This document shows, piece after piece, positions 10,101-15,340 of a stretch of DNA of 26,813 bases; positions within the stretch are counted from its first letter, which is position 1, and the number at the start of each line of letters is the position of its first letter. Source of the DNA: Ostreococcus tauri. Lineage: Eukaryota. Location: assembly GCA_000214015.2 (NCBI GenBank), contig CAID01000017.2, forward strand, positions 49,312 through 76,124, read 5' to 3'. The translations under genes were made by a program, and so were the position numbers. The notes under the pieces were generated by a model. The model was not told the DNA's origin. It saw only the letters and a program-made list of their open reading frames with translations, and did no database searches.

Positions 10101-12038
10101 AAGCCTGAAACCACTGAGGAACGCGCGCATGGCGTCGTCGATGTGCGCCCCCGTGAAATCAAAGCCGTGCACGTACGCGCGCATGACAGCGAGCGCATCT
10201 GAATCGGGCGATCCTAGGAGTTCGCCCAACGCGCTCGGACTCACCACCAAAGACGAAGTCGCCTTGCTCGAGGCGGTCGAGGATGACGCCGAGCGCAAAA
10301 ACGCCGCGCAAGCGACCGCGTCCTCCGACCGCGCGGCGACGCGAAGCGATCGGACGTTTGGCTCGGCGTTGAACGCCTCGATCGCCCTCTCCGCCGAAAT
10401 CTTGGCGGACTTTTTCGCGGCGAAGAGCTCGGACTCCGACTTGGTCGGCGGCGATGACGCCGCCGCCGCGTCTTCCGAAACCGCCGTCGCATCCGTCGCC
10501 ACTGTCGCCGTTGCCGCCGCGACGGCGGCGGGCGTCGACGTCGTGGACGCCTCGTTTGATTTTGACGATGACGAAAGTTTGTCTTTCGATGGTTTTCGAC
10601 CGATGAAAGGTCGAATCTCGAGGCCATCATTCTGATCGGCGTCGCCCGCGCTCTCTTCGTCCTCGTCGTCGTAGCCGCGGGCGCACCAGCTCTGAAGCGA
10701 CCGTAAAATGCTAAACAAACACGTGAGCACGGCGTCACGCTCTAAGATGTCGTTCGTCTGCGCCGCGCGCGCGAGCGCGGCGACGGTGCGCTCGTACAGG
10801 TTCGCCGCGTGCAAGTCGCAGTCGTAGTTGACAAAAAAATCAACCAAGATTTGCGCCTCGCTCGCGAGACGACGCACCAGACGAAGCGCTGAGACGCGAA
10901 CCGCCGCACTCGTCTCGTCAGTCTCGAGCGGATGTAACGCCATGATCGGGTAGAGCGCTGCGATCTGTTGCTTCCACACCGAGCGCGCGCGTGAGACGAG
11001 AACGCCGTACGCCATGCGCGCGATGGATACCAATATCCCCACCGATTGCTCCGCCTCAGATCCGCGAGGAACGTGTAACAGCGCGTTTCGCATGAGCGCC
11101 ATCGAGAGCGGTTTCGACAACTCCCCGTGGAAGTGGTCGAGCCACAACGGCGCCCGCGGTCCCTCCATGAGTTGGCGTAAAATGTCCAACGCCAAGGCTT
11201 TGGAGTGCGTCAGGTACGCGTCGACGTCGATCGGTCCGTCCCTCGCCGCAATCTTACACAACATGATGAGAATCTGTTTCACGTCCTCCAAGTGCAAACG
11301 ACGATTCGCGCTCACGTCTTCGGACGCGGCTAACGCCTCGAACCCACGCTCGGCGCGCTTGAACGCGGCGTTGATTATTTGCGTGAGCGTCGTCTTCGCC
11401 GCGCGTCGCGCGTTCTCATCCTCAGCAATCATCGCCACGTGAAATATCGATCGCGTGGCGTACAACAGCGCGTTCCCTCTCACCACGAGCGTCTTCTGTC
11501 CCTCCCCATCGTCTCCCGATTCCCCCGACGTCTCCGGATCTTCCGTCTCGCCGCACGCGCACGCCTGGGCGAACCGCGTCGCCGCGACGCCGCACCGCGC
11601 TCGATCTTCCCCCGTCTCCCCCCCCCCCCCCTCCCCACCTCCCGATAATTCACCCACTCCACACACCGCGCGCACGAGGCGAGCGCGCGCGTCATCGCTC
11701 GCCGCGTCGTCCCCGCCCGCGTCTCGCGCGACGCCGCGTCCGAATCCGCGTTCAATCAACTTAATCGCCGTCTCCGCCGCCAACGCCGATCGTCGCCCCC
11801 GACGCTCGCGCATCGCGAACGCGAGCGCGTCCAACGCCGTCGTCGCCACCGCGCGCGCGCGGGCGTCGTCGGCGTCGTCCAGGTCTTGGACGATCCCATC
11901 GCATCGCTGGAGCAGCGCCCGCGCGTGATGATTCGCGAATCCAACGCGCGCGAGCACCCCCAGGTCCTCGCGCGCGGCGTTGACGAAGGCGAGAAATATC
12001 TCTCGCACCGTCACCGCGTCCGCGTTCGCGTCGGCCAT
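7137..12038 (-). CDS. Large Sec7-domain ARF guanine-nucleotide exchange factor (BIG/GBF class), 1633 aa, intronless
   Basis: The Sec7 catalytic region [25 protein letters not shown]...[14 protein letters not shown] is encoded at about 9.95-10.12 kb on the minus strand. It is one uninterrupted ORF. The track start 12107 is TTG, and the first ATG is at 12036-12038 ([15 protein letters not shown]...). Confidence 0.85.
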   Translation of the reverse strand: [1633 protein letters not shown]

Positions 12039-12182
12039 CGCGCGCGCGTCGGCGAGGCGATGATTCGGGCGCGCGTCGTGGGCGATCGATTCCAAAGGTG
12101 ATTCCAAAGGTGATTTTCACGCCCCGTCGACCGGTGGGGATCCCTTTGCGACGCACGCGTGCCTTTCGATCGATCCCTTTCG

Positions 12183-12325
12183 ATGCGACGCCGCGGATCG
12201 TCGCGCGCGACGACGATGGCGATCGCGACGCGGGCGATGGTGACGCCGACGACGCGTAGGTGGAAGGTGGCGACGCGCGCGCGGGGCGAGCGCGCGGACG
12301 ACGGGGGCGAGACGGGACGACGGAC

Positions 12326-12356
<31 letters not shown>

Positions 12357-12797
12357 TCGAGCGGGACGACGACGGCGTGGACGGCGCGCGCGCGCGCGGC
12401 GAGCGCGAACGCCGGGACGGACGATGTCGTCGATCCCTCGATAGAGGCGCGGAGGCGAAAGATGGAACGGCGAGTGAATCGGATGCGGCGGGTGGACGCG
12501 GCGAGTCGAATCGAACGCGAGGCGCGAGACGCGGAAAACGAACGGGCGAGGGTGACCTACGCCGAGTTCGCGGCGAAGAAGAAGGCGAAGATTAGACTTG
12601 AACGTGAGGGTGAGCTCACGGCGGAGGAGATCGAGCGGGAGGCGGCGCGGCAGGGTGAGATGGCGCGCGAGCGCGCGCGGCGCGGCGCCGAGGCGGAGCG
12701 CGCCGAACTCCGGGAGTACGAGGAACTCCTCGCGCGCAGACGTCGAGAGGCGGCGATGCGCGCGGAGAATGGAGACGTGGGATGGTATCGCGATTGA
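12183..12797 (+). CDS. Charged coiled-coil protein of unknown function containing a Met10 tract
   Basis: The first ATG is at 12183 (track start 12159 is GTG). The C-terminal half is K/E/R-rich and coding-like (ERARVTYAEFAAKKKAKIRLEREGELTAEEIEREAARQGE...). The true start may instead lie inside the ATG run at 12327-12356. Confidence 0.45.
12327..12356 (+). repeat. (ATG)10 microsatellite, in frame with the 12183..12797 ORF
   Basis: Ten consecutive ATG triplets counted directly, in the same frame as the ORF (12183+144). Confidence 0.95.
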
Positions 12798-12833
12798 TTT
12801 TTGTTAAAGGGACGATTCCGCGACCGCGACCGC

Positions 12834-13634
12834 TCACTTGAAGACCTCGTCGAAACCCAACACGCGCGGGACGAGGTAGACCAACAACTGTCGAATCGCC
12901 GCCGACTCGCCGTAACTCACCGGAACGCTGAACCGTTGTTGCCCGCGATTCTCACTGAGCGTCACCGTGAGATTCACAAACATCCCCCCCGAGCCATCCG
13001 GCATGGGTTCAACCTTGAACGCCTTTCCCAGCGTCCCGCCGCCGCCGCCGTTCGCCTTTGCCGAGTCGTGAAAAAACGAGCACGACCCGTTCGCCGCCAT
13101 GCGATCCGCCAGCTCCGCCGCCTCCGTCCCGCTCAGCATGAAACTCCCTTTATTCTGCCAATCGTACGTTCTCGGCGCCGTCGCGTTCGCCAGTTCCAAC
13201 AGGACCCCGCCCGGGCGTCGCACCACCGCGTTTTCGCCCAGCGCCCCGAGCGTCGGGCGCACCGCCTTCATCTTCATCGCCCCTCGCGTCTTGTACACCC
13301 CAAAATCCACAAACGTCGTCGGCGGCGGCGCGCGTCCATCGTCCCGTCGCGCGCCGTCGTCCCACGACCGCGGCGGCGGCGTGGACGCCCCGTACGCCGT
13401 CGACGACGTCCAACGGTGATGACGTTCGCGTCGATCGCCATCCCGCGGTCTCGGGCGTCGATCGCGCGCGCGATCGGCGCGCGCGACGTCCGCGGACGTC
13501 GACGCGCGACGAAGCGCGCGCGCGGTGGCCGCGCACGTCGTCCCGATCGCGCGCATCGCCCGTCGCGCGCGATGTGCCGCCGGCGCGCGACGGGCGGACG
13601 GGCGCGTCGCGTACTGTGGAGGTATTACAGCCAT
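12834..13634 (-). CDS. Whirly-family ssDNA-binding protein (organelle-targeted)
   Basis: The motif order matches plant WHY1/2: FVDFGVYKTRGAMKMK..., YDWQNKGSFMLSGTEAAEL, SCSFFHDS, KAFKVEPMPDGSGGMFVNLTV, and the C-terminal VYLVPRVLGF. The N-terminus is R/A-rich. The first ATG is at 13632-13634, and the track start 13709 is TTG inside the tandem repeat. Confidence 0.85.
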   Translation of the reverse strand: MAVIPPQYATRPSARRAPAAHRARRAMRAIGTTCAATARALRRASTSADVARADRARDRRPRPRDGDRRERHHRWTSSTAYGASTPPPRSWDDGARRDDGRAPPPTTFVDFGVYKTRGAMKMKAVRPTLGALGENAVVRRPGGVLLELANATAPRTYDWQNKGSFMLSGTEAAELADRMAANGSCSFFHDSAKANGGGGGTLGKAFKVEPMPDGSGGMFVNLTVTLSENRGQQRFSVPVSYGESAAIRQLLVYLVPRVLGFDEVFK

Positions 13635-13662
13635 GTGTACACACCGACGGGTGCGTCGGGTG

Positions 13663-13946
13663 TCCCCATCGGGGTGCCGCGAACACACACACGGGGTGAA
13701 AGCACGCAAAGTACGTAAAGACTAAAGACGTCCCCATCGGGGTGCCGCGAACACACACACGGGGTGAAAGCACGCAAAGTACGTAAAGACTAAAGACGTC
13801 CCCATCGGGGTGCCGCGAACACACACACGGGGTGAAAGCACGCAAAGTACGTAAAGACTAAAGACGTCCCCATCGGGGTGCCGCGAACACACACACGGGG
13901 TGAAAGCACGCAAAGTACGTAAAGACGTCCCCATCGGGGCGCCGCG
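13663..13946. repeat. 68-bp tandem repeat, 4 full copies plus a partial fifth
   Basis: The unit TCCCCATCGGGGTGCCGCGAACACACACACGGGGTGAAAGCACGCAAAGTACGTAAAGACTAAAGACG starts at 13663, 13731, 13799 and 13867, in exact 68-bp phase and near-identical. A fifth start at 13928 follows a 7-bp (TAAAGAC) deletion. The array fills the 341-bp spacer between the Whirly ATG (13634) and the bL27 ATG (13976). Confidence 0.95.
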
Positions 13947-13975
13947 CGCGCGACATCGCGCCGGGCGACGCCTCG

Positions 13976-14851
13976 ATGTCGAGCTCGATCGCCCCCGCGC
14001 TCGCGTCGATGTTCGCGCGAAAAATCACGCTCGTCCCCAACGTCGCCGGAGAACGAAAGCGCCGCGCCGGCGTCATCGAGTGCGCGCACAAGAAAGGGAC
14101 GGGGTCCACGAAGAATGGCCGCGATTCCAATCCGCAGTACCTCGGGGTGAAGAAGTACGGCGAGGAGAAGGTCACGGTGGGCTCGATCATCGTCCGACAG
14201 GTTGGGAATAAATTCCACGCGGGCGAGGGCGTGGGGACGGGGCGAGACTTCACGCTGTTCGCGCTGCGCGAGGGTGAGGTGCGATTTAGGGTTGGGGCGA
14301 ATAAGAAGAAATACGTCACGGTGGTGGATGGCGTCGATCGCTCGGGACGAGAGGATGGGGCACCGACGCGGAAGGATAAGCGTCGGGCGATGTACACGCC
14401 GCGCGCGGTGGTGCGAGAGGCGTTGGAGCGCGGGGAGGAGGTGCCGAAGAGGGCGGCGACGGCGACGCGCGCGGCGGCGACGGCGCGAAAGACGCGCGCG
14501 ACCGAGGCGGCGACGCGAAAGAAGACGCTCGCGCGGACCGGGTCCGCGGCCGCGCCGAAGGGTTTTTACCGCCAGGTGAGCAAGGTGCGATATTGCAACC
14601 TCTCGCTGTTATTGATGGATGAGATCATGGAGACGAACGGCGTCATCGTCAAGGCGGATGCCGAAAAGTTCTACGAGCACATGCTCGACGGACCTGGCGT
14701 GACCCCGACCGAACTCGCATCGTTGGAATTCGTGCTCAACGGTGGCGGCGGACCGTACACGTACGTCACCGACGCCGAAGCCAAAGCGTTCCTCGCGGAG
14801 AAGATCGCCCAGACGCGCGGCGAGCTCGAGTCCGACGCCGGCGCGAGGTAA
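13976..14851 (+). CDS. rpl27: Organellar ribosomal protein bL27 with a long C-terminal extension
   Basis: A 36-aa presequence is followed by [68 protein letters not shown], a near-complete bL27 core. The ORF then continues about 170 codons to the TAA at 14849-14851. Confidence 0.85.
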   Translation: MSSSIAPALASMFARKITLVPNVAGERKRRAGVIECAHKKGTGSTKNGRDSNPQYLGVKKYGEEKVTVGSIIVRQVGNKFHAGEGVGTGRDFTLFALREGEVRFRVGANKKKYVTVVDGVDRSGREDGAPTRKDKRRAMYTPRAVVREALERGEEVPKRAATATRAAATARKTRATEAATRKKTLARTGSAAAPKGFYRQVSKVRYCNLSLLLMDEIMETNGVIVKADAEKFYEHMLDGPGVTPTELASLEFVLNGGGGPYTYVTDAEAKAFLAEKIAQTRGELESDAGAR

Positions 14852-15053
14852 ATCGAACGAATCCCGAAATTACCTGAACGCAATTAATATTGATTTTACT
14901 TTAACGCACCAACGTCGTGATCGCTACGTCCCACGCGCGCGTCGCGGTCGTCGCGCGCGGGTCACGGGCAAAAATAATACCCATAACTTTTGCGTCGTTA
15001 CCGCTTACGATTCTGGGTGTACGTCGATTTAGCCCTTCCATCCCATATCAAGA

Positions 15054-15210
15054 GCACTCGTGGTCTAGTGGTAGAATAGCCGCCTGCCAACCAAATTGGC
15101 AACGGCTGGCGCGTTCGTTCGCGCTACACAATGAATCTGCTCGTAGTGAACACTACGTATATGCTATATGCAGGGCGCGGCAGACCCGGGTTCGATTCCC
15201 GGCGAGTGCA
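15054..15210 (+). tRNA. tRNA-Gly(GCC) interrupted by an 86-nt intron at position 37/38
   Basis: Exons 15054-15089 and 15176-15210 assemble into a 71-nt cloverleaf. Acceptor stem GCACTCG/CGAGTGC, D arm GTCT-AGTGGTA-GAAT, anticodon stem GCCGC/GCGGC with loop CTGCCAC, T arm CCGGG-TTCGATT-CCCGG, discriminator A. Outside the anticodon and acceptor stems it is almost identical to plant tRNA-Gly(GCC) as I recall it. Confidence 0.85.
15090..15175 (+). other. tRNA intron (86 nt)
   Basis: It is the sequence between A37 and C38 of the tRNA-Gly model. Its 5' end (ACCAAATTGGCAACGGC) and 3' end (GCAGG) are complementary to the anticodon loop and stem. Confidence 0.75.
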
Positions 15211-15244
15211 GTGAACGAGCGAACACGACGAAGAAACGAAAAAC

Positions 15245-15250
15245 TTTTTT
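15245..15250 (+). terminator. Probable RNA polymerase III terminator (T6)
   Basis: A TTTTTT run 35 nt downstream of the tRNA 3' end. No earlier run of four or more T follows the gene. Confidence 0.5.
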
Positions 15251-15340
15251 GACCTTGCGAAGGCTTTTAATTTTTAATCAAAGAGCTTGCATTGAATTCA
15301 GTTCTTCACCGATTACCCATTACAAAAGTTATTACTCGTA

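Noticed and set aside
12039-12107. N-terminal extensions given by the ORF track, with starts at 62, 718, 3994, 6493, 6589, 12107, 12159, 13709, 21614, 23291, 24653 and 26799.
   Set aside because: I checked the codons and they are GTG or TTG, not ATG. For a eukaryotic nuclear gene I used the first in-frame ATG, or a spliced upstream exon, instead.
12091-12114. 12-bp tandem duplication TCCAAAGGTGAT x2, just upstream of the Sec7 ATG.
   Set aside because: The duplication is real but minimal, at two copies. It is most simply a slippage duplication in a 5' leader or promoter, and nothing more can be said from sequence alone.
13663-13946. Reading the 68-bp array, or the 123-bp array at 15344..16447, as CRISPR.
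   Set aside because: The units are directly adjacent with no unique spacers. The context is eukaryotic (spliceosomal introns, nuclear-type tRNA), and the 123-bp array is in-frame coding sequence.
14576-14623. Possible 48-nt intron in the bL27 tail (CAG|GTGAGC ... GATGAG).
   Set aside because: It is in frame and stop-free, and very short. It lacks the ACTGAC branch motif found in all four confident introns. I kept it as exon and flagged the tail as a finding instead.
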